32,000 nt of DNA from an uncultured Mycoplasmatota bacterium. Lineage in GTDB: Bacteria > Bacillota_I > Bacilli_A > RF39 > UBA660. The stretch is taken from positions 7,225-39,224 of the forward strand of contig URBG01000007.1 of assembly GCA_900546055.1 (NCBI GenBank), in the 5' to 3' direction. Below, piece by piece: positions 7,692 through 16,142 of the stretch. Under the pieces are notes generated by a model. It ran no database searches and had not been told where the DNA came from. It was given only the letters and a program-made list of their open reading frames with translations. How positions within the stretch are numbered: position 1 is the first letter of the stretch; each line of letters starts with the position of its first letter. Position numbers and translations under genes: made by a program.

Positions 7692-8267
7692 GTGCCACCA
7701 ATGAAGAAGATTAGCAGAGATAGTATTCTTGAAACGGCATACGAAATAACTAGAAAAGAAGGTTTTGAAAATATTAATGCTAGGAGAATTGCTAGAGAGC
7801 TCAATTGTTCAGTGCAGCCAATATTTCATAATTTTGTAAATATGGATGAACTTAAGCAGGCAGTTAAGGACAAAATTTATGAGACATATAAGTCATATCT
7901 TATGAAAGGCCACAGTGAGAAAAATTCATATAAGGGGATGGGGCTTGCATACATAAAATTTGCGAAGGATTATCCAGAATTTTTTAAACTTATTTTTATG
8001 ACTAGTGTTGATGTTCCGCCAGAAAAATTTATTGTTTCCGATTGTGTTGGGGATAGTACAATTAAAAGTGGGCAAAAGTTTAGCGGACTTTCTTACGAAG
8101 AACAGACAAAATTCCATGTTAAAATTTGGATATTTACACATGGGCTTGCGACTTTAGTAGCAACTAAAACGGCTACATTTACGGATGAAGAGATAAGTAG
8201 ACTTTTAGGTGAGGCGGCTTCAGCGTTACTCGAAGGACATAAAACTAACGAAAAGGAGAGAAAATAG
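7692..8267 (+). CDS. TetR/AcrR family transcriptional regulator
   Basis: N-terminal TetR HTH (ILETAYEITRKEGFENINARRIARELNCSVQPIFHNF). The GTG start at 7692 lies 9 nt after GGAGG (7678-7682), whereas ATG 7701 would be poorly spaced. Its stop overlaps the start of the ABC ATPase. Confidence 0.85.
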   Translation: MPPMKKISRDSILETAYEITRKEGFENINARRIARELNCSVQPIFHNFVNMDELKQAVKDKIYETYKSYLMKGHSEKNSYKGMGLAYIKFAKDYPEFFKLIFMTSVDVPPEKFIVSDCVGDSTIKSGQKFSGLSYEEQTKFHVKIWIFTHGLATLVATKTATFTDEEISRLLGEAASALLEGHKTNEKERK

Positions 8268-9205
8268 TGAAAAATGTTATCGAAGTTAAAAATTTAACAA
8301 AGGAGTATAAAAATTTAAAAGCAATTGATGATTTATCTTTCGAGGTGCGTGAAGGAGAAATCTTGGGTTTATTGGGACCAAATGGTAGTGGTAAATCAAC
8401 AACAATAAATTGTTTGCTATCTTTATTAAATTTTAGTAAGGGAAGTATAAAAATTTTTGATAAGGAAATGGAACCTAATGCTTATGATATTAAAAGAGAG
8501 ATTGGGGTAGTTTTTCAGGATGTTGCAGTGTTTGAAGAACTAACAGTATATGAAAATATTGATTATTTTTGTGGACTTTATATTACAGATAAGGTTACTA
8601 GAAAAAAGTATATTGAAGATGCTATAAAATTAGTGGGAATTGAAGAGTTTAGAAAGTTTTATCCTAAGCAATTATCAGGGGGACTTTTAAGAAGGCTTAA
8701 TATTGCGTGTGGGATTGCTCATAAACCTAAATTGATATTTTTAGATGAGCCAACAGTCGCAGTTGATCCACAAAGCCGAAATAATATTTTAAGTGGAATT
8801 CAAAAATTGCGTGATGAAGGGGCAACTATTATTTATACAACTCATTATATGGAAGAAGTAGAAATTATTTGTGATCGAATTATTATTTTAGATAAAGGTA
8901 GGATTTTAGCTAGTGGAACGAGTGACGAACTTAAGGAATTAGCAAAAATCGAAGAAAAGGTAACGGTTGAAGTCTATGATTTAGAAGAAAAGTATATTGA
9001 AGAAATAAAAGGTTTTAAAAATACAGACGAAGTTTCCTATGATGGCACTTTATTGATTGTTACTTATAAAAGCGGGAAAAACAATTTAGTATCACTTATT
9101 GAGTATTTAAAAAAGGAAAATGTTAATTATAATAAAATATATTCAGAAAGACCAACTTTAAATGATGTATTTTTGGAATTAACTGGTAAGGAGCTTCGCG
9201 ACTAA
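8267..9205 (+). CDS. ABC transporter ATP-binding protein (ABC-2 exporter type)
   Basis: Walker A GPNGSGKST, signature LSGGLLRR, Walker B LIFLDEPT. The GTG start overlaps the TetR stop (ATAGTG). Confidence 0.9.
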   Translation: MKNVIEVKNLTKEYKNLKAIDDLSFEVREGEILGLLGPNGSGKSTTINCLLSLLNFSKGSIKIFDKEMEPNAYDIKREIGVVFQDVAVFEELTVYENIDYFCGLYITDKVTRKKYIEDAIKLVGIEEFRKFYPKQLSGGLLRRLNIACGIAHKPKLIFLDEPTVAVDPQSRNNILSGIQKLRDEGATIIYTTHYMEEVEIICDRIIILDKGRILASGTSDELKELAKIEEKVTVEVYDLEEKYIEEIKGFKNTDEVSYDGTLLIVTYKSGKNNLVSLIEYLKKENVNYNKIYSERPTLNDVFLELTGKELRD

Positions 9206-10383
9206 TGTTTATGCATAATTTTAAATATGCATTAAAAATGCTCTTTAGGGACAAGATGCTGATATTTTGGACATTCGCTTTTCCAATTATTCTAGGAACA
9301 TTTTTCAGCATGGCTTTTTCTAATATTGAAAATAGTGAAAAGCTAGATGTTATTGACATTGCCATTGTCAATGATAATAATTTTAAAAGTAATGAAACTT
9401 TTAGGGAATCATTTAAGGTATTAGGAGATAAGAAAAATGATGATCAACTATTTAATATCAAATATGTTGATTCAAACGAAGCTGAAGAATTATTAAAAAA
9501 TGGTGAGATCAGTGGTTATTTGATATTTGATAAGGATAAACCCAAAGTAGTTGTTGGTACTAGTGGGGAAAATGAAACTATTTTGAATTATGTAACTGAA
9601 GAAATAATTCAAACCGAAGACATTATAAACAATGTAGCTACTAGCGAAATTCAAAAAGAAATAGCTGAGGGGAAACAAGTCAATTACGAGATGATATATC
9701 AAAAGGTTTCAGAACTTTCTAAAAATAGTGAGGCTAAAATAAAAGATGTTTCCAGTAGTAATTTAAGTTATATGATGATTGAATTTTATACTTTAATTGC
9801 CCTTACCTGTTTATATGGAGGAATTTTAGGAACGACTAGTATTAATAGAAATTTGGCTAATATGAGTAGTAATGGTAAAAGGGCATCAGTAGCGCCAACT
9901 AGTAAAGGAAAAATGATTTTGGGCAGTGTTTTAGCTAGCTATATTGTCCAATTGGTAGGAGTTGCTTTATTATTTATTTATACGATTTTTGTATTACATG
10001 TTGATTATGGTAATAATTTACCACTTATCGTTTTACTTTCAATGGCCGGGTGTTTAGCAGGGTTAAGTATTGGTATAGCAATTGGTACACTTATAAAATC
10101 TGGTGAAAATACTAAAATAGGAGTAATTATAGCGGTGACAATGATTTGTTGTTTCTTGTCAGGAATGATGGGAGTTACGATGAAATATATTATCGATAAA
10201 AATATTCCAATATTAAATCAGATTAATCCAGCTAGTATGATTACTGATGGTTTTTATTCATTATATTATTATGATACATTTAATCGATATTTTATTGATG
10301 TAGCTGGGTTATTTATTTTTGCAGCTATAATGATAGGCTTATCATTTATTAGTTTAAGGAGGCAAAAATATGACAGTATTTAA
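9205..10383 (+). CDS. ABC-2 family transporter permease
   Basis: One N-terminal TM, a large extracytoplasmic loop, then a C-terminal cluster of TM helices, which is the typical ABC-2 architecture. The start overlaps the upstream stop (TAATG). Confidence 0.75.
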   Translation: MFMHNFKYALKMLFRDKMLIFWTFAFPIILGTFFSMAFSNIENSEKLDVIDIAIVNDNNFKSNETFRESFKVLGDKKNDDQLFNIKYVDSNEAEELLKNGEISGYLIFDKDKPKVVVGTSGENETILNYVTEEIIQTEDIINNVATSEIQKEIAEGKQVNYEMIYQKVSELSKNSEAKIKDVSSSNLSYMMIEFYTLIALTCLYGGILGTTSINRNLANMSSNGKRASVAPTSKGKMILGSVLASYIVQLVGVALLFIYTIFVLHVDYGNNLPLIVLLSMAGCLAGLSIGIAIGTLIKSGENTKIGVIIAVTMICCFLSGMMGVTMKYIIDKNIPILNQINPASMITDGFYSLYYYDTFNRYFIDVAGLFIFAAIMIGLSFISLRRQKYDSI

Positions 10384-11518
10384 AGCGTTTTTAAAGATTC
10401 TAAATAAGTGTAAGTTTGTAGTTTTGCTTTATACTGTTTTCTTGATAGGTTTTGGAGCTTTTAATATGCAGACAAGTGACAATTCTACTAGTTTTGTAGC
10501 AAGTAAACCAGATATTTTAATCATTAATAATGATGAAAACAAAGGGATTACTAAAAATTTAATTAAGTATCTTAAGGATAATGCTAATACACCCGAAGTT
10601 GAAAATAATAAAGAAGCGATTGATGATGCATTATTTTATAGAGAAGTTGCTTATATTATTTACATCCCTGAAAATTATAGAGAAGATTTCTTAAATGGTG
10701 AAAATCCAGAGATAGAGGTTAAAAGTACGGGTGACTATGGTGCGGCTTACGCGGAAATGTTATTATCAAGATATATTAACGTGGCTAATACGTATGAAAA
10801 GACGAGCAATGATGAAAATGAATTAATTAAACAAATAAATAATACATTAGATAAAAAAGTCGATGTAGAAGTGACATCTAAACTTGATACAAATAATTTA
10901 GAAAAAGCCGCTTTTTATTTTAATTTTGCAAATTATAGTTTGTTAGCAGGATGTGTATATGTAATTTGTTTAATTTTATCTAGCTTTAAAGAAGAAAAGA
11001 TTAGAAAACGAACAATAATAAGCAGTATGGATGATAGAAAGCATAATCGAATTTTACTTTTGGCAAACAGTTTATTTGGGATTGCTTTGTGGGCAATTTA
11101 TGTTCTTATTAGTTTTATTTTAGTAGGCGATGTAATGTTTACGATGAATGGACTTTTATATATAATAAACTCATTTATATTTACTATTTGTTCAGTTGTT
11201 ATAGCACTTTTAATCGGTAATTTGGTTATTAATAAAGAGGCAATAAATGGAATAGTCAATGTTGTCGCTCTTGGTTCTAGTTTCTTATGTGGAGCTTTTG
11301 TTCCTATGATGTGGTTACCTGATTCAGTGTTAACTATGGCTCATGTTTTACCTTCTTATTATTATATAAGTACAAATGAAGCAATTAAATCGCTTGAAAG
11401 CTTTGATTTTGAAACATTAAGGCCGATATTTACAAATATGATAATTTTAGGATTATTTATAATTGGATTTATTATTGTTACGAATATTGTTTCACATAAA
11501 AAAAGGAAAATTGGTTAG
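10370..11518 (+). CDS. ABC-2 family transporter permease (second subunit)
   Basis: Same architecture as the preceding permease. RBS AGGAGG; overlaps the upstream gene by 14 nt. Confidence 0.7.
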   Translation: MTVFKAFLKILNKCKFVVLLYTVFLIGFGAFNMQTSDNSTSFVASKPDILIINNDENKGITKNLIKYLKDNANTPEVENNKEAIDDALFYREVAYIIYIPENYREDFLNGENPEIEVKSTGDYGAAYAEMLLSRYINVANTYEKTSNDENELIKQINNTLDKKVDVEVTSKLDTNNLEKAAFYFNFANYSLLAGCVYVICLILSSFKEEKIRKRTIISSMDDRKHNRILLLANSLFGIALWAIYVLISFILVGDVMFTMNGLLYIINSFIFTICSVVIALLIGNLVINKEAINGIVNVVALGSSFLCGAFVPMMWLPDSVLTMAHVLPSYYYISTNEAIKSLESFDFETLRPIFTNMIILGLFIIGFIIVTNIVSHKKRKIG

Positions 11519-11524
11519 ATTAGT

Positions 11525-11556
11525 AAAAATAGCTTTGATCAAAAGCTATTTTTATT
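11525..11556 (+). terminator. intrinsic terminator of TetR-ABC operon
   Basis: AAAAATAGCTTTGA / TCAAAAGCTATTTTT hairpin followed by a T-run. Confidence 0.7.
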
Positions 11557-11619
11557 TACGTATTTTAAACGGTTCTAATAAAATACGTGGTAAACTATAA
11601 ATAGTTAGGAAGTGTTGTT

Positions 11620-12279
11620 ATGAATAAAGAAATAAAACCGATAATTGCAATATCGCAGCAAATAGGTGATGAACCAGATACATTGCTTTTATATAATAAT
11701 TATATTCGTTTTGTTGAGAGTCAAGGTGCATTAGCGTTTGTTCTTCCCAATTATTTAAATATTGAAGATATGGAAGTAATGCTTAATATTTGTGATGGAA
11801 TTATATTACCTGGTGGCGATGATGGCCATTTTGATAGAGAAAAGGCCGAATCAAAGATTATTGAGATAGCTATAAAAAAGGATATCCCACTACTTGGAAT
11901 ATGTATGGGGCTTCAAGTATCAAATGTTGTACTTGGGGGGACTACTAAGAAAGATATTCCAAATCATTGGCAAATTTTCCCTTATAATGTAGTAAGTCAT
12001 AGTGTTGATGTTATTCCTAATACTCCACTTTTTGAGATGTTAGGCGAAAGTAAAATTCAGGTGAATAGTATGCATAATAATTGTATCGATGTTTTAGCTA
12101 ATTCATTAGTGATAATGGCGATGGATGATAAGGTTATCGAAGCTGCATATCGACCAGAAAATTCATTTTTTATGCTCTTTCAGTGGCACCCAGAGTTTAT
12201 TATAGAGTCTAATTCAAGTAAAGCTATTGCAGAATCATTTGTTAGGGCATGTAAACGATATCATAATAAAAAAATATGA
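11620..12279 (+). CDS. gamma-glutamyl-GABA hydrolase-like class I glutamine amidotransferase (peptidase C26)
   Basis: Nucleophile elbow GICMGLQ and the QWHPEF histidine motif; 219 aa. Confidence 0.8.
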   Translation: MNKEIKPIIAISQQIGDEPDTLLLYNNYIRFVESQGALAFVLPNYLNIEDMEVMLNICDGIILPGGDDGHFDREKAESKIIEIAIKKDIPLLGICMGLQVSNVVLGGTTKKDIPNHWQIFPYNVVSHSVDVIPNTPLFEMLGESKIQVNSMHNNCIDVLANSLVIMAMDDKVIEAAYRPENSFFMLFQWHPEFIIESNSSKAIAESFVRACKRYHNKKI

Positions 12280-12406
12280 TATAATACAGTTACAAAGTTA
12301 AAAACACAGTTTCGGTTGGTAGTCCGAACGTAATAATTTTATTATCAGTAACCTTCCTCCTAGGTCGTCCATACTTTGTTTATATTTTAATAGGAGGGCG
12401 GTTTGT
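12277..12406 (+). promoter_or_regulatory. extended -10 promoter plus candidate yjdF-type riboswitch leader (SD-sequestering)
   Basis: TGATATAAT at 12277-12285. The ~115-nt leader has hairpins TTCGG-N8-CCGAA (12311-12328) and ATAAT-TTT-ATTAT. CCTCCTA (12356-12362) is exactly complementary to the RBS TAGGAGG (12391-12397), and flanking ACC/GGT extends that helix. The downstream gene is a YjdF-family protein, the gene class after which the yjdF (azaaromatic) riboswitch motif is named. Confidence 0.45.
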
Positions 12407-12823
12407 ATGGAAACTGTACAAATTAAATTGACAGTCTTATTTGACGGCACTTTTTGGAATGGGATTTTTGAAAGAATTGTTGATGATAAGCTTGAAGTGG
12501 CCAAAGTAACTTTTGGAAGTGAGCCAAAGGATGCAGAAATTTTGGAATTTATTATTTATAAATTTCATGCTTTAAATTTTAGTTTGCCAATTTCAAACGA
12601 TGCTAAAAGTATGAGTGGTGTAAATCCTAAGCGGATGAAGAGACTCGTAAAAAAACAAGTAGATAGCACTTTGGGAACAAAGTCGCAGCAGGCTTTGAAA
12701 CTTCAGCAGGAACAAACGAAAATATTTCGTAAATCAACTTCTAAGCAAATAAGGGATGACTTTTTGAAATATAAATTTCAAATGAAACAGGAAAAAAAGC
12801 GTCAAAAGCATAAAGGCCGATAA
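12407..12823 (+). CDS. yjdF: YjdF family protein (DUF2992)
   Basis: IKLTVLFDGTFWNGIFE...FGSEPKDAEILEF...NPKRMKRLVKK...TKSQQALKLQQE...KRQKHKGR matches my recollection of the YjdF/DUF2992 pattern, including the basic C-terminal tail. Confidence 0.8.
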   Translation: METVQIKLTVLFDGTFWNGIFERIVDDKLEVAKVTFGSEPKDAEILEFIIYKFHALNFSLPISNDAKSMSGVNPKRMKRLVKKQVDSTLGTKSQQALKLQQEQTKIFRKSTSKQIRDDFLKYKFQMKQEKKRQKHKGR

Positions 12824-12827
12824 CAAA

Positions 12828-12855
12828 AGGAACTTACTATGTAAGTTCCTTTTTG
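12828..12855 (+). terminator. intrinsic terminator
   Basis: AGGAACTTAC-TAT-GTAAGTTCCT perfect 10-bp stem followed by TTTT. Confidence 0.8.
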
Positions 12856-12907
12856 GTAGTAAATAAATTTTATTTCTGATATAATCAAGTTAAAGAGGAG
12901 TTAGATT

Positions 12908-13162
12908 ATGAATAATGATTTTAAAGTTTTAATTCAAAATTTGGATAAATTACATACCACAGAAATGGGTATCGATCGAATAAGAAAAAATCTTGATTTA
13001 GATACTAATGATGTTGTTGCTTGGTGTAGAAAAAAGATTAGCGATTCAAAAAGTTATATATTTAGAAAAGGTAAGAATTGGTATATTGATATAGAAAACT
13101 GCGAAATCACAGTTAATGCCTACAGCTATACAATAATAACTGCCCATAAGTTAAAAAAGTAA
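12908..13162 (+). CDS. DUF3781 domain protein
   Basis: 84 aa, RBS GAGGAG. LHTTEMGIDRIRKNL...WYIDIENCEITVNAYSYTIITAHK matches the remembered DUF3781 pattern. Confidence 0.6.
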   Translation: MNNDFKVLIQNLDKLHTTEMGIDRIRKNLDLDTNDVVAWCRKKISDSKSYIFRKGKNWYIDIENCEITVNAYSYTIITAHKLKK

Positions 13163-13171
13163 GGTGAGAAA

Positions 13172-13786
13172 ATGAGACCACAATTTAAAGATATTAAATC
13201 GTATGATGAATTTAAAAAACATTATTGGTATTTGGAAGAATTAAAACAAATTTGTAAGGATTTAAAGATTGATTATTCTGGCGGGAAAATAGAACTTAAT
13301 CATAATATTGAAGAATATTTCAAAGGGAATTTAGTTAAAAAGAAACAAGTAATTAAAAAAAGTAAAAGTGTGGTAGATGTATTAACATTAGACACTAAAT
13401 TAGTGGAATCTGGCTTCGTTTTTAATCAAAAGTTTAGAGATTTTTTTATTAAACAAACAGGAATTGAAAATTTTAAATTTAATGCAGATATGGTAGCAAC
13501 TGCTAAAAAGGTAAAACTAGATAATGATGACACTTTTACGTTGGGAGACATGCTTGATATTTATTATGGAAAGAAGGAGTATGCGAAATACGATAATTCT
13601 TCATGTCAGTGGAATAAGTTTCTAAGAGATTTTTGTGCGGATGAAAAAACTGCTGTTTTTAATAATAAACTAAAAGTGGCTTCAAAGTTATGGAGTATAG
13701 TTCGTGATTCACCGATGGACAAGGTTTACAGCAGACAGTTATTAGATGAAAACTGGGATATACTTAATAAATATTTTAATTGTTAA
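13172..13786 (+). CDS. SAP-like / DUF6434-type hypothetical protein
   Basis: 204 aa, RBS AAGGTGA. The N-terminal HYWYLEELKQICKDLKIDYSGGKIELNHNIEEYF looks like a SAP-like helix-extended-helix. The family assignment is from memory only. Confidence 0.5.
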   Translation: MRPQFKDIKSYDEFKKHYWYLEELKQICKDLKIDYSGGKIELNHNIEEYFKGNLVKKKQVIKKSKSVVDVLTLDTKLVESGFVFNQKFRDFFIKQTGIENFKFNADMVATAKKVKLDNDDTFTLGDMLDIYYGKKEYAKYDNSSCQWNKFLRDFCADEKTAVFNNKLKVASKLWSIVRDSPMDKVYSRQLLDENWDILNKYFNC

Positions 13787-13867
13787 AAACCTTTGCGCTT
13801 TTTCCAAATGATTTTGGTAGATTATTAATATGTTTGATTTTATAATTGTTAGTGAAAGGAGTAAAAT

Positions 13868-14218
13868 ATGAATATTGGAGAAAAAATTTTCAAATTAAGA
13901 AAAGATCAAAAACTTTCACAAGAACAATTAGCAGAAAAGGTAGGGGTTACAAGACAGACAATTTCAAACTGGGAGCTTAATGAAACTGTGCCAGATACTA
14001 ATCAGCTCATTGCTTTGTCTAAAACTTTAAATATTAGTATTGATGAATTGGTCAATAACGATATAAATAATATTATGGTTAAAAAGGTTAGTAATACGGA
14101 AAGATTAGCCGGAATGGTTATTAAAATACTTAAAGTAATTGGAACTTTGATAATTATATATGGAGTATTTATATTGTTTATGGGATTAGTAATTATAATA
14201 TATGCAGCATGCAAATAA
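13868..14218 (+). CDS. XRE-family helix-turn-helix regulator with C-terminal transmembrane anchor
   Basis: HTH_3 pattern LRKDQKLSQEQLAEKVGVTRQTISNWELNETVPDTNQLIALSKTLNISIDEL. The C-terminal hydrophobic segment is VIKILKVIGTLIIIYGVFILFMGLVIIIY. Confidence 0.8.
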   Translation: MNIGEKIFKLRKDQKLSQEQLAEKVGVTRQTISNWELNETVPDTNQLIALSKTLNISIDELVNNDINNIMVKKVSNTERLAGMVIKILKVIGTLIIIYGVFILFMGLVIIIYAACK

Positions 14219-14223
14219 TAAAA

Positions 14224-14248
14224 GGACAAATAAAATTTGTTCTTTTTT
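14224..14248 (+). terminator. intrinsic terminator
   Basis: GGACAAA-TAAAA-TTTGTTC (one G-U pair) followed by TTTTTT. Confidence 0.6.
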
Positions 14249-14260
14249 GTAGTTTAAATA

Positions 14261-14292
14261 CTTGACTTAGAGTTTACTTTGGATGTTAAAAT
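14261..14292 (+). promoter_or_regulatory. MerR-type promoter/operator, copy 1 (19-bp spacer)
   Basis: CTTGACT-TAGAGTTTACTTTGGATGT-TAAAAT. The spacer is 19 bp, and the -35 element plus the first 13 spacer bases are near-identical to copy 2. Confidence 0.5.
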
Positions 14293-14315
14293 TATAATAA
14301 AAGGAGATGGGATTT

Positions 14316-14801
14316 ATGGTTAAAAGAATTATAGCTTTAGTGATGATAATTATTTTAATTGGTACAATAATTTATTTTTTTGGAACTGGCAAGCAAGATA
14401 AGTCTCAAGTGTCAAACATTGATGAAAAAAAGATAAGTAGGGAAAATTTGAATATAGAAATCAAAATAAATGATAGAAATTTTATGGTTGATTTGGAAGA
14501 TAATGAAACGGCTCGGGCTTTTTTAAATATTTTACCGATATCGATGAAAATGAAAGAACTCAATTCTAATGAAAAGTATTATGATTTGCCAAATAAACTT
14601 CCGACATCAGAAGAACACTATTCTAATATAGAGGTAGGTGATTTAATGCTATATGGAGATAAGACAATAGTTTTGTTTTATGAAAATTTTAATACCTCTT
14701 ACAATTACACGAAGATAGGGAAAGTTCAAAACATTAAGGAACTGAAAGAATATTTAGGTAAAGGTGATATTGAAGTAACTTTTCAAAAAAATAATAATTA
14801 A
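14316..14801 (+). CDS. cyclophilin-like fold protein with N-terminal membrane anchor/signal
   Basis: The core IEIKINDRNFMVDLEDNETARAFLNILPISMKMKELNSNEKYYDLPNKLPT...GDLMLYGDKTIVLFYENFNTSYNYTKIGKV matches the remembered Cyclophil_like2 pattern. I chose ATG 14316 (9 nt after GGAG) over the track start 14307, which abuts the RBS. Confidence 0.65.
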   Translation: MVKRIIALVMIIILIGTIIYFFGTGKQDKSQVSNIDEKKISRENLNIEIKINDRNFMVDLEDNETARAFLNILPISMKMKELNSNEKYYDLPNKLPTSEEHYSNIEVGDLMLYGDKTIVLFYENFNTSYNYTKIGKVQNIKELKEYLGKGDIEVTFQKNNN

Positions 14802-14806
14802 AAACG

Positions 14807-14838
14807 CTTGACTTGGAGTTAACTTTAAGGTATATGAT
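14807..14838 (+). promoter_or_regulatory. MerR-type promoter/operator, copy 2 (19-bp spacer, imperfect dyad centred on GTTAAC)
   Basis: CTTGACT-TGGAGTTAACTTTAAGGTA-TATGAT. The dyad CTTGGAGTT/AACTTTAAG matches at 7 of 9 positions. It lies directly upstream of the merR-family gene. Confidence 0.55.
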
Positions 14839-14856
14839 AATAATGGAGGTATACAA

Positions 14857-15234
14857 ATGAGAATTAAAGAAGTAGCAAAAATGTTTGGGATGACTGAGGA
14901 TACGCTTAGATATTATGAAAAATCTGGACTAATTGGACCTATTAAGAAAATGCCGAACGGAATGCGTGATTATACTGAAGATGATTTAGCGAGAATTGAA
15001 TTTGTTAAATGTATGCGTGGGGCGACTTTACCGATTGAGGTTTTAAGAAAGTATATGGAACTTTATGATCAAGGTGATTCGACTTTTGAGGAACGAAAAG
15101 AGCTTTTGATTAAGCAGCGAGATATATTGAAAGATAAGATTACAGATATGAATAAGGCTTATGAAAAATTAAACATGAAAATAGAAATGTATAATAATAA
15201 GAGCTTGGAAACAAAATTAGTGAAAAAGGATTGA
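14857..15234 (+). CDS. MerR family transcriptional regulator
   Basis: MRIKEVAKMFGMTEDTLRYYEKSGLI is a MerR wHTH, followed by a C-terminal coiled-coil dimerisation helix; 125 aa. Confidence 0.9.
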   Translation: MRIKEVAKMFGMTEDTLRYYEKSGLIGPIKKMPNGMRDYTEDDLARIEFVKCMRGATLPIEVLRKYMELYDQGDSTFEERKELLIKQRDILKDKITDMNKAYEKLNMKIEMYNNKSLETKLVKKD

Positions 15235-15246
15235 AAAGGGGTAATT

Positions 15247-15651
15247 ATGAACGAAGGAATTGAAATCTTTCCAAGAGGAGATAAAAATCCTTTTGGTCAA
15301 TATTTTAGTGGTCAAAGTTATTTAAATATGCTTTCAACAGAAGGAGTAGTTATTGGAAATGTAACTTTTGAACCAGGTTGTATTAATAATTGGCATATTC
15401 ATCATGCAAATAAAGGTGGCGGACAGATTTTATTAGTAACATCTGGCCGTGGTTATTATCAAGAATGGGGAAAAGAGCCAATTGAATTACATTCTGGCGA
15501 TGTAGTAAAAATTCCAGCTAATGTCAAGCATTGGCACGGCGCTGCTAAGGATAGTGTGTTTGTTCATTTTGCGATTGAGGTTCCGGGTGAAGAAGCAACT
15601 AATGAATGGTGTGAACCAGTTAGTAATGATGATTACTGTAATCTTAAATAG
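15247..15651 (+). CDS. cupin domain protein
   Basis: Cupin motifs NNWHIHHANKGGGQILLV and GDVVKIPANVKHWHGA; 134 aa, typical of small cupins in MerR operons. Confidence 0.8.
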   Translation: MNEGIEIFPRGDKNPFGQYFSGQSYLNMLSTEGVVIGNVTFEPGCINNWHIHHANKGGGQILLVTSGRGYYQEWGKEPIELHSGDVVKIPANVKHWHGAAKDSVFVHFAIEVPGEEATNEWCEPVSNDDYCNLK

Positions 15652-15659
15652 GAGGCGTT

Positions 15660-16142
15660 ATGAAAACATTAATAGTTTATTTTTCGTATAGTGGTAATAC
15701 GAGAATAATTAGTAATTATATAAATAGTAAAATTAATTCTGATATGTTAGAGTTAGAAACGTTGGTTAAATATTCTGACGATTATAGTCAAGTTACTTAT
15801 CAAGGAAAAGATGAAGTTGAGCAGGAATTTAAACCAAGGTTAAAGGTAAACGATTTAAATTTACAAGATTATGATATTATTTTATTAGGTAGTCCAATTT
15901 GGTGGTATACAATTGCACCAGCGGTTAGGACGTTTTTATCGGAGAACGATTTATCTGGAAAGAAACTATTCCCCTTTATAACTAATGGTGGGTATGGGCT
16001 TGGACATAGTTTAGAAGATATTAAAACTTTATGTACTTGCGAAGTTGGTAAAGTATTGGAAATCCCATTTGAGGGTAATTATCAAATAAAAGATAATATT
16101 GAAATTGATGATTGGTTAAAAGAAATAGAGGAGATGAAATAA
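15660..16142 (+). CDS. flavodoxin family protein
   Basis: MKTLIVYFSYSGNTR FMN-binding loop and the GSPIWWYT motif; 160 aa. Confidence 0.8.
   Translation: MKTLIVYFSYSGNTRIISNYINSKINSDMLELETLVKYSDDYSQVTYQGKDEVEQEFKPRLKVNDLNLQDYDIILLGSPIWWYTIAPAVRTFLSENDLSGKKLFPFITNGGYGLGHSLEDIKTLCTCEVGKVLEIPFEGNYQIKDNIEIDDWLKEIEEMK

Noticed and set aside
6001-14230. Mobile-element hallmarks (integrase, transposase, flanking direct repeats, att sites) for the AT-rich islets at 6.0-7.6 kb and 12.3-14.2 kb.
   Set aside because: No recombinase-like ORF and no convincing flanking direct or inverted repeats were found by eye. The islets are called only on composition and gene content, so no mobile_element feature is reported.
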